Shown piece by piece: positions 27,805 to 37,357 of a stretch of DNA of 64,000 bases. The notes under the pieces were generated by a model, which was given only the letters and a program-made list of their open reading frames with translations, did no database searches and was not told where the DNA came from. The DNA lies in assembly GCA_021297855.1 (NCBI GenBank), contig JAJTHM010000010.1, positions 30,446 to 94,445 of the forward strand, given 5' to 3'. Each line of letters opens with the position of its first letter. Positions within the stretch are counted from its first letter, which is position 1. Origin of the DNA: Sphingobacteriales bacterium (lineage in GTDB: Bacteria; Bacteroidota; Bacteroidia; Chitinophagales; JADJOU01). The position numbers and the translations under genes were made by a program.

Positions 27805-29958
27805 TTATTTTATCAAACGCACCTCTGTTCTTCTATTTTTCTTCATTTCTTCATTGGAGCAGTCGTAGTTATTATTTCCATCGCAATGACAATTATTGGC
27901 AGGTTTTTCCTCGCCAAAATAGCGTCCTAAGATTTGCGACTCATTGGCTCCACGAGAAAAGAATAACTTAATAGCTTCAGCTAAGCGCTGTCTTGATAAA
28001 ACCATATTTGTTTTTGCATCTCCTTGACAATCTGTATGTGCGCTCAACTCTAATCGATAGCTTGGGTTCTTATTTAGTTCCATTATGACATACTTCATCT
28101 TTTTATCTATATCATTTGTTATATTCCATTGCGTAGTCTCATAGTAAATAGTGAAATTATCGTTTAACATTTCCTCCTTCACTTCCGCAACTGCTGCTGG
28201 CTCTTCTCTTTTGGCAGGTATATCACTAGTTATAAATATTTTATTATTATCTGCTGTGAATTTCATAACTGGACTCACAAAGCCAAGCTCCGGAACCTCT
28301 ACTTTGTACTCCTCATTAAGGTATAGAACCACCTGACCTTTACCAGTCTCATCAGTATACCCTGAATAATTGGAGCAATCCGCAGTATTTGTAATCTTAT
28401 AATATATATTTGGATAGGCATTCTCAAAAGGATGGGACAATAAGGAAAAGGTAACAAAATCCTTTGGCAAATTTCGTCTCGCCTCTATATCTAGCTTGGT
28501 CTCGAATGGATATAAACTCGTATCTACTAATTGGTGAAAGTCTCCCGATACCACAACCTTCTTATACCCAATAGGCGATAAACTGGCTGTTACCTGTCCT
28601 AATTGATTGGTCTTCATTTCAATTTTTTCTGAAGGAATGGAGACTTTCATTCCAGTGATGGGCCTTTTTAGTTCATCCTTCACCGTTATGGTTGTCTTTA
28701 TTTTATCAAATGATTGTTTGTATATTCTATCAGAATGATTATCATACTTATTCACAAATCTATTCGAAGAAAAGAATCCAACATTTTTCTTCTGATGGTA
28801 AAATAAGGCGTAGTCATCATTCTCAGAATTAAAATTGGCTCCCAGATTATACGTTCGGTTAAATCGCGCACCTTTACCTCTCACTCCAGCATATATATCT
28901 AACTTTCCCAAACCATAATGTCCATTCGAAGCAAAAAATATTACGTTATCATCATACACCGTAGGAAAACACTCATCTCCTGGCGTGTTGACATAAGTGC
29001 CAAGACTTTTAATGTTTTTAAGTTTAGTTTGATTTTCTATTTCTCCTATCCATAAATCATATCCTCCAAGTCCTCCTGGCTGATTACTTGAAAAGATAAG
29101 ATGGTTCTCATCACTGGTCAGCATGGGATGTATAAAGTTAAAATTTCCCTTATCTATTTCTATTTCTATAGGGATAAAGCGTTCCCAAGCCGTGCTGCCT
29201 TCTTCCACCTTTCTCTTTGAGAGGTATATAAACATTCTGTTATTCTCCTCATCCAATCGAGTAGTATAAATCACATCTAACTTCTTGGACATGGAATATG
29301 GTCCATATTCGAAGCCGCTCCATTTGTTAATTTGTGTTTTATGATCTACATCGAAAAACATAAAATCATTCCGTGAATATTTAGTTGTAAAATTTCCATT
29401 AAAATTCAGTGCATTCGAATTATTTTTACAAGACATTTTTGCATTCAGGGTATGAATAGTGTTGTCATCTATGATATATGAGTAGTATTCCGTTCTCTTA
29501 GAATCATACCCCATAAGCTCTGGCTCCTTTAAAGGCCGACTATAGATAAACTTATTACTCTGGCCCCCAGGCAGTAAATCAGACTTGACACAGGTAGGGC
29601 AAAGATTTATATATCGAATAAAAGATTCCTTGGCCAAGGCGGTATAGCCAGTCACAGAATACAGATGGTACATGTCAAAATGATAATTCATACTATCCTT
29701 CATCAGTTTTTTAGCTTGCTCCATATGATAAATCGAAGTCTCGTAATCATTTTGATTAAAATAATTCTTTCCTAACTTATAATGGATGTATTCGCTATTA
29801 GGGTCATTTTGCAGTGCACAATTATAATACTTGATAGCCCTGTAGTAGTTATGACTCCTCTCTGCCTTAAGGGCTTTTTGGATAATGTCATAGTTTTGAG
29901 CTATAAGCGTGGATGACATCAAGCATAGCATTAATAAGGATTTAAAAAACTTATTCAT
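27805..29958 (-). CDS. OmpA-family protein with TPR and PD40 repeats (second PorE-like gene)
   Basis: Signal peptide ending LIAQ; FSSNQPGGLGGYDLW and FFASNGHYGLGKLDIY; LELSAHTDCQG...NRRTEV. Confidence 0.85.
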   Translation of the reverse strand: MNKFFKSLLMLCLMSSTLIAQNYDIIQKALKAERSHNYYRAIKYYNCALQNDPNSEYIHYKLGKNYFNQNDYETSIYHMEQAKKLMKDSMNYHFDMYHLYSVTGYTALAKESFIRYINLCPTCVKSDLLPGGQSNKFIYSRPLKEPELMGYDSKRTEYYSYIIDDNTIHTLNAKMSCKNNSNALNFNGNFTTKYSRNDFMFFDVDHKTQINKWSGFEYGPYSMSKKLDVIYTTRLDEENNRMFIYLSKRKVEEGSTAWERFIPIEIEIDKGNFNFIHPMLTSDENHLIFSSNQPGGLGGYDLWIGEIENQTKLKNIKSLGTYVNTPGDECFPTVYDDNVIFFASNGHYGLGKLDIYAGVRGKGARFNRTYNLGANFNSENDDYALFYHQKKNVGFFSSNRFVNKYDNHSDRIYKQSFDKIKTTITVKDELKRPITGMKVSIPSEKIEMKTNQLGQVTASLSPIGYKKVVVSGDFHQLVDTSLYPFETKLDIEARRNLPKDFVTFSLLSHPFENAYPNIYYKITNTADCSNYSGYTDETGKGQVVLYLNEEYKVEVPELGFVSPVMKFTADNNKIFITSDIPAKREEPAAVAEVKEEMLNDNFTIYYETTQWNITNDIDKKMKYVIMELNKNPSYRLELSAHTDCQGDAKTNMVLSRQRLAEAIKLFFSRGANESQILGRYFGEEKPANNCHCDGNNNYDCSNEEMKKNRRTEVRLIK

Positions 29959-30040
29959 GTATATAATATTTGTTTAAGGTTTCGACTATCCTGCGCAAAA
30001 CAAGTTTCCGCAATTTCAAGTCTCTTTATAAAAGGATGGA

Positions 30041-30048
30041 CAAATTTA
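30041..30048 (-). promoter_or_regulatory. -7 box TAAATTTG for the OmpA-family gene
   Basis: Reverse complement of caaattta upstream of ATG 29958. Confidence 0.45.
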
Positions 30049-30311
30049 ACAATTTATCTCAAATTGCTTGTCTTTTTAAGCAAAAGAGGACAAATTAACA
30101 AAATAGCAATACGAGAAGCTATACTATTTCAAATCCTCAACCACTTATAACGAACTGATATCTGTAATGGAACAACTATATTGGCCTAAACTGCTATCCA
30201 ATCGGTATAAAATCCAGCTGGTGCGGAATTTAAATTTGGTCTATTTACACAAATCACATGGGTATTATATCTATTTAACGAAGTTCTAGGATTAAATTGA
30301 CCTTAACTTTC

Positions 30312-30319
30312 TAACTTTG
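30312..30319 (+). promoter_or_regulatory. -7 box TAACTTTG
   Basis: Ends 5 nt before the truA ATG at 30325. Confidence 0.55.
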
Positions 30320-30324
30320 TGCGA

Positions 30325-31092
30325 ATGGCTGAGAAGAAAAGATTTTTTATACGTCTAGCCTATGATGGGACCAATTATTGTGGCTGGCAAAACCAAAATG
30401 AACAAGAATCTGTCCAAGGAACTATTGAATCAGCGCTATCTACCTTGTATAGGGCTCCTCAAAAGATAGTGGGTTGTGGGAGAACAGATACTGGCGTACA
30501 TGCAGATGATTTCTATGCACATTGGGATTTCGACGGCATATTGGAGGAAAATACCTGCATAAAACTAAACTCTATTCTTCCTCGTAGTATTGCCATTAAA
30601 GAAATTTTTGAAGTGCCAGTCGAATGCAATAGTCGATATAACGCTACCAAAAGAACCTATCATTATTTTATCCATACTCAAAAAAATCCGTTTCGCAGAT
30701 TGTACAGTTATGAGTATACTCATCACCACCTCAATCTTGATTTAATGAAATTCGCTGCAAGTGAATTGCTAAATTACAATGAATTTCTGCCTCTAATAAA
30801 GCTAGATAAGGAGAAACAAAAGACCCATTGCACCCTATTTTCAAGTCATTTTGAACAGTTAGAGCCACATTATTATAGATACGAAATTTCTGCCAATCGT
30901 TTTCTGCACAATATGGTAAGGAGAATCGTCGGCACTCTTATGCTCATTGGCAGAGAAAAATTGACTCTTGAAGAATTTCAATATAGCATGAAACATCAAT
31001 CTCCCATGCGGTTGATAAATTTGGCTCCCGCTAATGGTCTTCATCTTATTAAATTAGATTACCCATTTATAGACAATGCAGAACAAGACTAG
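30325..31092 (+). CDS. truA: tRNA pseudouridine(38-40) synthase
   Basis: AYDGTNYCGWQ, GCGRTDTGVHA and ANRFLHNMVRRIVG motifs. Confidence 0.96.
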   Translation: MAEKKRFFIRLAYDGTNYCGWQNQNEQESVQGTIESALSTLYRAPQKIVGCGRTDTGVHADDFYAHWDFDGILEENTCIKLNSILPRSIAIKEIFEVPVECNSRYNATKRTYHYFIHTQKNPFRRLYSYEYTHHHLNLDLMKFAASELLNYNEFLPLIKLDKEKQKTHCTLFSSHFEQLEPHYYRYEISANRFLHNMVRRIVGTLMLIGREKLTLEEFQYSMKHQSPMRLINLAPANGLHLIKLDYPFIDNAEQD

Positions 31093-32821
31093 TGTTTACA
31101 GACATATTATTAAACAAGCTTTGCCTTATAAGAATTGGTTTATAGGTTGCTTTATACTTGCCGTTATCATTTCTGCTTTGACTCCTATCCGACCCTATAT
31201 TTTGCAGCAAATCATCGATGTGGATATAAAAACAGGACAGAAAGAGCGTTTAGTATTCAATGCCAGTTTGCTTTTTGGATTACTAATTTTTGAATCATTG
31301 CTTAAATATATATTCGTTTATGCTACATCTTTTTTCAGCCAAAATATAGTGAATAATTTAAGAAAAAAAGTGTTCTCCCACCTCATGAATTTACATGTTC
31401 AATACTATGATGAAACGCCTATAGGCCGTCTCACTACGCGCACAGTGAATGATGTAGAAACGATCAATGAAGTTTATTCCGATAATTTTTTCACCATCGT
31501 CTCAGATATTTTAACCATCATTTTCGTGCTAGGCTTTATGCTATACACAAATGTACAATTGACGCTCATATCGCTTGTCACATTGCCATTTCTTTATCTA
31601 GCTACTTATATTTTTAAGGAAAAAGTAAAGGTGGTCAATGAAAAACTGCGAGACAAGATTGGTGAACTCAACGCCTTCGTTCAGGAACATCTCATGGGGT
31701 TTAAAATCGTAAAGGCGTTTGCGGTTGAAGACAAGGAACAGACTAAATTCAATAAAATTAATGCTGAATTTACCGAATTAAATTTCAAAAGTATTTGGTA
31801 TTATTCTTGGTTCTTCCCAGTCTTAGAGACGTTGATTTCTATCAGTATAGGTCTTGTTGTGTCCTATGTTGCTATTTATAGTTTCGAACAGAAAGATTTA
31901 TCGGCTGGTGTCATTACCTCATTTTTGCTTTACCTCAATCTACTTTTTAGACCCATGCGCTTCATAGCGGATAAGTTTAATTCTATACAAATGGGTTTTG
32001 TGGCCTCCAATCGAGTATTTGATTTATTAGATACCCCAACACAAGAAGCTGATCAAGGAACGATAAATAATATTGCCATTCGTGGTGATATTCGATTTGA
32101 CAAAGTATCGTTTTCCTATAGTCCTGAAGTACCTGTGCTCAGAGATGTTTCTTTCCAAATAGAGGCAGGCAAATCTCTAGCCATAGTAGGTGCTACAGGA
32201 TCTGGCAAGACGAGCATTATTAATATTCTTAACCGATTTTATCCCTATCAGTCGGGTAAGATATATATTGATCAACATCCAATAGAAGATTTTAGCCTTA
32301 ACTTTCTTCGCTCTCAAATAGCCATGGTGCTTCAAGATGTCTATTTATTTAGCGGTAGTATACTCGACAACATTGTAGTGGAAAGCACTAACACATCGCG
32401 TGAAGAAATTATTCAAATGGCAACGCAATTGGATATTCATGATTTTTTCATGAAATTGCCCAATAATTATGATTTTGAAATCAAAGAACGAGGAAGCTCC
32501 TTATCACATGGACAAAAACAAATTATTTCTCTCTTTAGAGCAATAGCTAAAAAGCCAAGCATACTTATTCTAGATGAAGCTACATCGTCTATCGACTCCA
32601 ATACAGAGTTTTATATTCAAAAATTGATTTCGCAGAGTATCAAAAACACCACGTCCATAGTCATAGCCCATAGGCTATCTACCATCATGCAGGCAGACAA
32701 AATACTCGTGCTTGATCATGGAGTCATTGTGGGCGAAGGAACACACACAAGTCTGCTTCAAACAAATACTTACTATAAAAAGTATTTCCAATCGATAGAA
32801 AATAAAAAAGAACTAATTTAG
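31076..32821 (+). CDS. ABC exporter, fused permease/ATPase
   Basis: Transmembrane domain plus GATGSGKT, LSHGQKQ and ILDEATSSID. Confidence 0.9.
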   Translation: MQNKTSVYRHIIKQALPYKNWFIGCFILAVIISALTPIRPYILQQIIDVDIKTGQKERLVFNASLLFGLLIFESLLKYIFVYATSFFSQNIVNNLRKKVFSHLMNLHVQYYDETPIGRLTTRTVNDVETINEVYSDNFFTIVSDILTIIFVLGFMLYTNVQLTLISLVTLPFLYLATYIFKEKVKVVNEKLRDKIGELNAFVQEHLMGFKIVKAFAVEDKEQTKFNKINAEFTELNFKSIWYYSWFFPVLETLISISIGLVVSYVAIYSFEQKDLSAGVITSFLLYLNLLFRPMRFIADKFNSIQMGFVASNRVFDLLDTPTQEADQGTINNIAIRGDIRFDKVSFSYSPEVPVLRDVSFQIEAGKSLAIVGATGSGKTSIINILNRFYPYQSGKIYIDQHPIEDFSLNFLRSQIAMVLQDVYLFSGSILDNIVVESTNTSREEIIQMATQLDIHDFFMKLPNNYDFEIKERGSSLSHGQKQIISLFRAIAKKPSILILDEATSSIDSNTEFYIQKLISQSIKNTTSIVIAHRLSTIMQADKILVLDHGVIVGEGTHTSLLQTNTYYKKYFQSIENKKELI

Positions 32822-32841
32822 TATTAATTTTAATTTGACTT

Positions 32842-33540
32842 ATGTACAAATTTTTCCTTTTATGCACTTACTTTATTGCCTTTACTTCCTGCTCTAGTCA
32901 GAATAGGGAACTAAGTGCAAATGAATTTTCTGAAAAGCTAAAGTCCGAAAAAACAAAACATCTTATAGATGTCAGAACACCTGAAGAATATGCAGAAGGA
33001 TATATATTTGGAGCTAAAAATATAGATTGGAACGCAACAGATTTCGAAGCCCAGTTAGATAAACTCGATAGAAATACTCCTTTATTTGTCTATTGCCTGA
33101 GTGGTGGTAGAAGTGGGAATGCTATGAGAAAGGCAAAGGACATGGGTTTCAGAAACATTTATGGTTTAAACGGAGGAATCATGTCTTGGAGAGCCCATAA
33201 GCAGCCACTCACCTCGCCACGAGGAGAGAAAAAAGCAGGAATGACTTTAGTTGAGTATGAAGCCCTATATAAAGGTAAATCTAAAAAAGTTTTGATAGAC
33301 TTCTATGCCGACTGGTGCATACCATGTCAAAAAATGAAACTCTTTTTGAAAAAAATCGAAGTCAAAATGGCCGCGCAAGTAACAGTGATTAGAATAAATG
33401 CCGACGAACATCCAGAGCTTTGTCAAACGCTCGGAGTAAGTGGTTTGCCCTATATTCTAATCTATAAAAATGATACGATAGAATGGAAAAAACTCGGCTT
33501 TGCGAGTGAAGAAGAAATACTCAAAATACTAAATAAATAG
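32842..33540 (+). CDS. Rhodanese + thioredoxin fusion lipoprotein
   Basis: Lipobox FTSC; IDVRTPEEY and VYCLSGGRS (rhodanese); DFYADWCIPC (thioredoxin). Confidence 0.85.
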   Translation: MYKFFLLCTYFIAFTSCSSQNRELSANEFSEKLKSEKTKHLIDVRTPEEYAEGYIFGAKNIDWNATDFEAQLDKLDRNTPLFVYCLSGGRSGNAMRKAKDMGFRNIYGLNGGIMSWRAHKQPLTSPRGEKKAGMTLVEYEALYKGKSKKVLIDFYADWCIPCQKMKLFLKKIEVKMAAQVTVIRINADEHPELCQTLGVSGLPYILIYKNDTIEWKKLGFASEEEILKILNK

Positions 33541-33542
33541 CC

Positions 33543-34118
33543 TTGAAGTTCGTTACTAGTTTTCTCCTTAGTCTCTCGATTTTTTGCCTCCATGCACAAA
33601 TTAAGACGCTCATACCAATAGATGAGGAAGTTAATTTGCCCAATAACGATGAGTCAAAAATTGGTTTGAGTACTACCCTTGATGAAACCGTTATTCATAA
33701 AGATAAAATAGTCAAACTGTTTTCCAATCACATTGTTAATACAATGAATACTGAATTTTACCATTTATTAGATTCTGGAAAAAACTATATTGAACTATTT
33801 GTTGTTTACCCCTGTAAAGGCTTTAATGTAAAGGATATTCAAGATCATCAAATCATCAATGAAGGAATTATCACTTCCACTATTTTGATTAAATTTAATA
33901 CATCTACCTATGATATTCACTTGAAAGACTATTATTGGGTTAATAAAGATAAAAAAGGCACATCCATCGATGAAATTTATAAAGTCTATCGCAAAAATGA
34001 TGACCTCGTTTATAAATTAAAATATTATGGAATACTCAAATCATGTGAATATTCTATCGCCGAATCATTAAGTAATATCATGGCTGTAATCGATGAGGTA
34101 ATGAAAGGCAAGGGGTAA
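33543..34118 (+). CDS. Exported hypothetical protein
   Basis: 191-aa ORF with signal peptide ending LHAQ; no family recognised with confidence. Confidence 0.6.
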   Translation: MKFVTSFLLSLSIFCLHAQIKTLIPIDEEVNLPNNDESKIGLSTTLDETVIHKDKIVKLFSNHIVNTMNTEFYHLLDSGKNYIELFVVYPCKGFNVKDIQDHQIINEGIITSTILIKFNTSTYDIHLKDYYWVNKDKKGTSIDEIYKVYRKNDDLVYKLKYYGILKSCEYSIAESLSNIMAVIDEVMKGKG

Positions 34119-34170
34119 ATACTTTGGTATTATAAATAAATTGCCCAAATAGAAAATAGATTCTTTCCGC

Positions 34171-34178
34171 TACATTTG
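34171..34178 (+). promoter_or_regulatory. -7 box TACATTTG
   Basis: Matches TAnnTTTG, 20 nt before ATG 34199. Confidence 0.55.
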
Positions 34179-34198
34179 TACTTAAATCAAGCATCCTC

Positions 34199-35203
34199 AT
34201 GGGTATCTCTAAAGTTTTATTCTTAGTATTTTGTCTTTTTCAGCTTCATTCTTGTCAATTCTTTTCTTCCAAAGAAGAATCAAGTTCAAACACAGACACT
34301 TCTGTTCAGCCTATTGAAGCGAGTTATCTCCAATTTGATGAAAATCTCGCCTACAATTATATAGATAAACAGGTCTCTTTCGGACCGCGAGTGCCGAGCA
34401 CTGTGGGACACAAAGCTTGTGCAGAGTGGATTTTAACTACCTTAAAAGAAATGACAGATACTGCCTATATTCAGGAATTCGAATCGATTACTTATGATTC
34501 TAAAAAGCATAAAGGCAAAAATATTATTGCTAAATTAAACTCTAAAAATCCTACTAGAATTCTACTCTGTGCTCACTGGGATACGAGACCTATCGCTGAC
34601 CATGACCCGAAAAATCCTACAGGCCCTATCCTAGGCGCCAATGATGCTGGCAGTGGTGTTGGGGTCATATTGGCTCTACTCCAAAATTTCAAAGAAAAAC
34701 CAATCACCCTAGGCATTGACATTGTTTTTTTCGATCTCGAAGACTATGGCCAACCTGAGAATAGTGGCTTGACGCCAATGGAAAATAGCTGGTGTCTCGG
34801 CTCACAATACTGGGCTAAGAACACTAAACATGAGTTTCTCCCACGTTGGGGTATTTTACTCGATATGGTAGGAGGTAAAGATGCGACTTTTCTCAAAGAA
34901 GAAACGAGTATGAACTACGCTTCTAATCTCGTAAATCGAGTGTGGAGTCATGGCCAAAAATTGGGTTTTGAAAAGCATTTTCGTGGAGAATCCTCATCAG
35001 TAATTGACGACCACGTATATATTAATAAATTAGCCGGCATACCTACTATTGACATTATTCATTATAAATTAAACAACGGTGGTTTTGCGGACTACTGGCA
35101 TACGCATGATGATAATATGAGTTCTGTAGATAAGTCCACTTTAAAAGCTGTTGGCAAAACTCTTCTCAATACGATATACGAAGAAGATAAATATATGCAA
35201 TAA
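34199..35203 (+). CDS. M28 family lipoprotein, glutaminyl cyclase-like
   Basis: Lipobox LHSC; QVSFGPRVP, LCAHWDTRP, GANDAGSGVG, FFDLEDYG, LLDMVG, IDDH and WHTHDDN motifs. Confidence 0.85.
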   Translation: MGISKVLFLVFCLFQLHSCQFFSSKEESSSNTDTSVQPIEASYLQFDENLAYNYIDKQVSFGPRVPSTVGHKACAEWILTTLKEMTDTAYIQEFESITYDSKKHKGKNIIAKLNSKNPTRILLCAHWDTRPIADHDPKNPTGPILGANDAGSGVGVILALLQNFKEKPITLGIDIVFFDLEDYGQPENSGLTPMENSWCLGSQYWAKNTKHEFLPRWGILLDMVGGKDATFLKEETSMNYASNLVNRVWSHGQKLGFEKHFRGESSSVIDDHVYINKLAGIPTIDIIHYKLNNGGFADYWHTHDDNMSSVDKSTLKAVGKTLLNTIYEEDKYMQ

Positions 35204-35229
35204 TTTTTACATTTTTTGGTTCTTAGGAA

Positions 35230-36687
35230 ATGAGACTCCTTCTTATTCTTTTTTTAAGCAATGTGTTCAATTTCTCTTTTGCACAGCGCTACCTTGGAAA
35301 TCACATAGGTGGCTATTCTGGAATTTATGGTATCCAAGAAAATCCTGCAAGTTTCGTAACCAAAAAGCCTAATTGGGATGTAAATATCCTCGGTTCAGGA
35401 TTATTTTTTTTCACAGAATACGGATATCTTCAAGATGAAAGCCTGCTGTCTGCGTCCGGTAAATCAATTATGAACGGCATGGATACACTTCCTTTTAATT
35501 ATAGTAAGGATAAAAATTCACTATTTTTCGCGAATACATACGACCAAACCCTTACCGGACTCATGATCCAACAAACGATTCATCTTCCATCGTTTTGTTT
35601 TAAAGTCAAACGATTTTCTTTTGGCGTCTTCTCCAATATCAAAATAGCCGCCGATGGTTTGGATGCCCCAAATTTCTTTAACTATGGAAACTTGCAGCAG
35701 CTGATCGATTTTCAAGCATACAAAATCACACCATTCTCTGTCAATGCCATGGCGTGGGGAGAAATTGGACTTAATATTGGCTATGCTCTTGAGCTAGAAA
35801 ATGGACATACCCTAGCCGTCGGAGCCAACCCAAAGTATTTATTGGGATTTGAAGCTGCCTACATTCAAAATAAGTCAGATTATAACTTTTATCGCGAACG
35901 CGACACTTTTTTTGCCTCTAGCGCTAATGCTGCCGTCGGTTTTGCTAGTGGTGCTTCCCGCTCGTCAAATAACTATAATTTAGGCGTACAAGGCACCGGC
36001 CTTGGATTAGACTTGGGGGCTGAATATATAATTCCGAATGAAGAAGAGGAGTCTAATAGCCCCCATTACATGAAGTTTGGAATCGCTGTCAAAGACTTTG
36101 GTTCTATTAAGTTTGATAAGAATACCGAGCAACATAATTATTCTATTAGAGAAGTCGATTTTGGAGTTTTAACAACCATAAACAATAATTTAAATCACAA
36201 TTATGACCTAATAAAACGACTATCGGCAGCAGTTTATCAGGGAGATTCTTTCAAATCTAAAATCTCCAATGAAATGACCATACATACACCTACTTCAATA
36301 AACCTAACTTGGGACTATAATATTCGATCCGATTTCTATATTAATGCGTTTATAGGTCGTCGACTAAAAACCTTGGAAAGACAAATAGCCGCTCCGAATG
36401 TGATGGCTATCGGCGCTCGCTTTGAACAACGTTGGTTTGAGGCTGGAGCCAATATATCACTCACTGAAGATACATGGCTAGGTATTGGAACCTATATCCG
36501 ATTAGGTTTATTGACAATTGGCTCTGATCATATTAATGCTTTGCTCTTTTCTCAACCAAAACTTCGAGGAGCGGATGTTTATTTAAGTTTAAAAATCATG
36601 CCTTTTGGCAATAGGGAAAAAGAAGAGGGTATAGATTATGCAAAACCTAAAAAAGATAAAAGATCGGGCTGCTATAAGCAAAAATAG
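35230..36687 (+). CDS. DUF5723-family outer-membrane protein
   Basis: Signal peptide ending SFAQ; GGYSGIYGIQENPA start; GLGLDLGAEY; beta-barrel-like composition. Confidence 0.7.
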   Translation: MRLLLILFLSNVFNFSFAQRYLGNHIGGYSGIYGIQENPASFVTKKPNWDVNILGSGLFFFTEYGYLQDESLLSASGKSIMNGMDTLPFNYSKDKNSLFFANTYDQTLTGLMIQQTIHLPSFCFKVKRFSFGVFSNIKIAADGLDAPNFFNYGNLQQLIDFQAYKITPFSVNAMAWGEIGLNIGYALELENGHTLAVGANPKYLLGFEAAYIQNKSDYNFYRERDTFFASSANAAVGFASGASRSSNNYNLGVQGTGLGLDLGAEYIIPNEEEESNSPHYMKFGIAVKDFGSIKFDKNTEQHNYSIREVDFGVLTTINNNLNHNYDLIKRLSAAVYQGDSFKSKISNEMTIHTPTSINLTWDYNIRSDFYINAFIGRRLKTLERQIAAPNVMAIGARFEQRWFEAGANISLTEDTWLGIGTYIRLGLLTIGSDHINALLFSQPKLRGADVYLSLKIMPFGNREKEEGIDYAKPKKDKRSGCYKQK

Positions 36688-36917
36688 ATTTTAGATTCTT
36701 CAGTTTTAAATTAGAGGATGAAATTAAGCTATTGCATTAATTTTTTATAACTATCAAAGTCAATTATTATTAAAACAACCCCGACCCTAAAAAAGAATAG
36801 GGCAAACGAAAGGATACTCTTATTTATGCTCCCTTCTACCACTCTAAAAAGTCCGCTAAATAAATATTTATTTTGGTAGAAAAACAGGTAATATTGCCTA
36901 ACTAAAATTTAGAGACA

Positions 36918-37103
36918 ATGTTTAGAAAATTTTCGCTCGCAGATATTATCATACTTGCTGTAGCACTTTTATCATTAGTATTTTCTGAAATTATGTATTT
37001 TCAAGGTGAAAAAATTGATGCGCTATTCGTTGGTATCTGGGTGCCTTCCATATTGGGATTTGGGATTTATTTAAAACTAATTAAAAGAACAAAAAATGGT
37101 TAG
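36918..37103 (+). CDS. Small membrane protein (61 aa)
   Basis: Two hydrophobic helices, with motif ALFVGIWVPSILGFGIY. Confidence 0.7.
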   Translation: MFRKFSLADIIILAVALLSLVFSEIMYFQGEKIDALFVGIWVPSILGFGIYLKLIKRTKNG

Positions 37104-37194
37104 TTTACTTCCCTATTTTGCTGGTCTTGTTACCTTGTTGTTAATTTTTGGTTTTGCTTTAGAAATAAAGGAATTTACTGATGATGAGGAATAA
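37096..37194 (+). CDS. Putative 32-aa membrane peptide
   Basis: MVSLLPYFAGLVTLLLIFGFALEIKEFTDDEE; start overlaps the end of the previous gene; below the ORF-track size cut-off. Confidence 0.5.
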   Translation: MVSLLPYFAGLVTLLLIFGFALEIKEFTDDEE

Positions 37195-37357
37195 TTCGCT
37201 CGCCAACTAAGAATTTACCTCTTTGCTATCAAATAATTCATCCCTTGTATTATTTTTTCACATCTTAGTTTAAACTCCTGTTATCGCCTTATAAAATTTC
37301 TTATAAAAGTTAAATGTGCCAGCTCCAAAATAAGTTTTCACAAAACCAATTCTGCCA

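Noticed and set aside
30167-30289. 40-aa ORF in the OmpA/truA intergenic region
   Set aside because: No recognisable motif or hydrophobic signal; could be a remnant, but unsupported.
36795-36830. c-di-GMP-I riboswitch-like string AGGGCAAAC-GAAA
   Set aside because: No stem enclosing the GAAA and no following GGACGCAAAGC-type segment.
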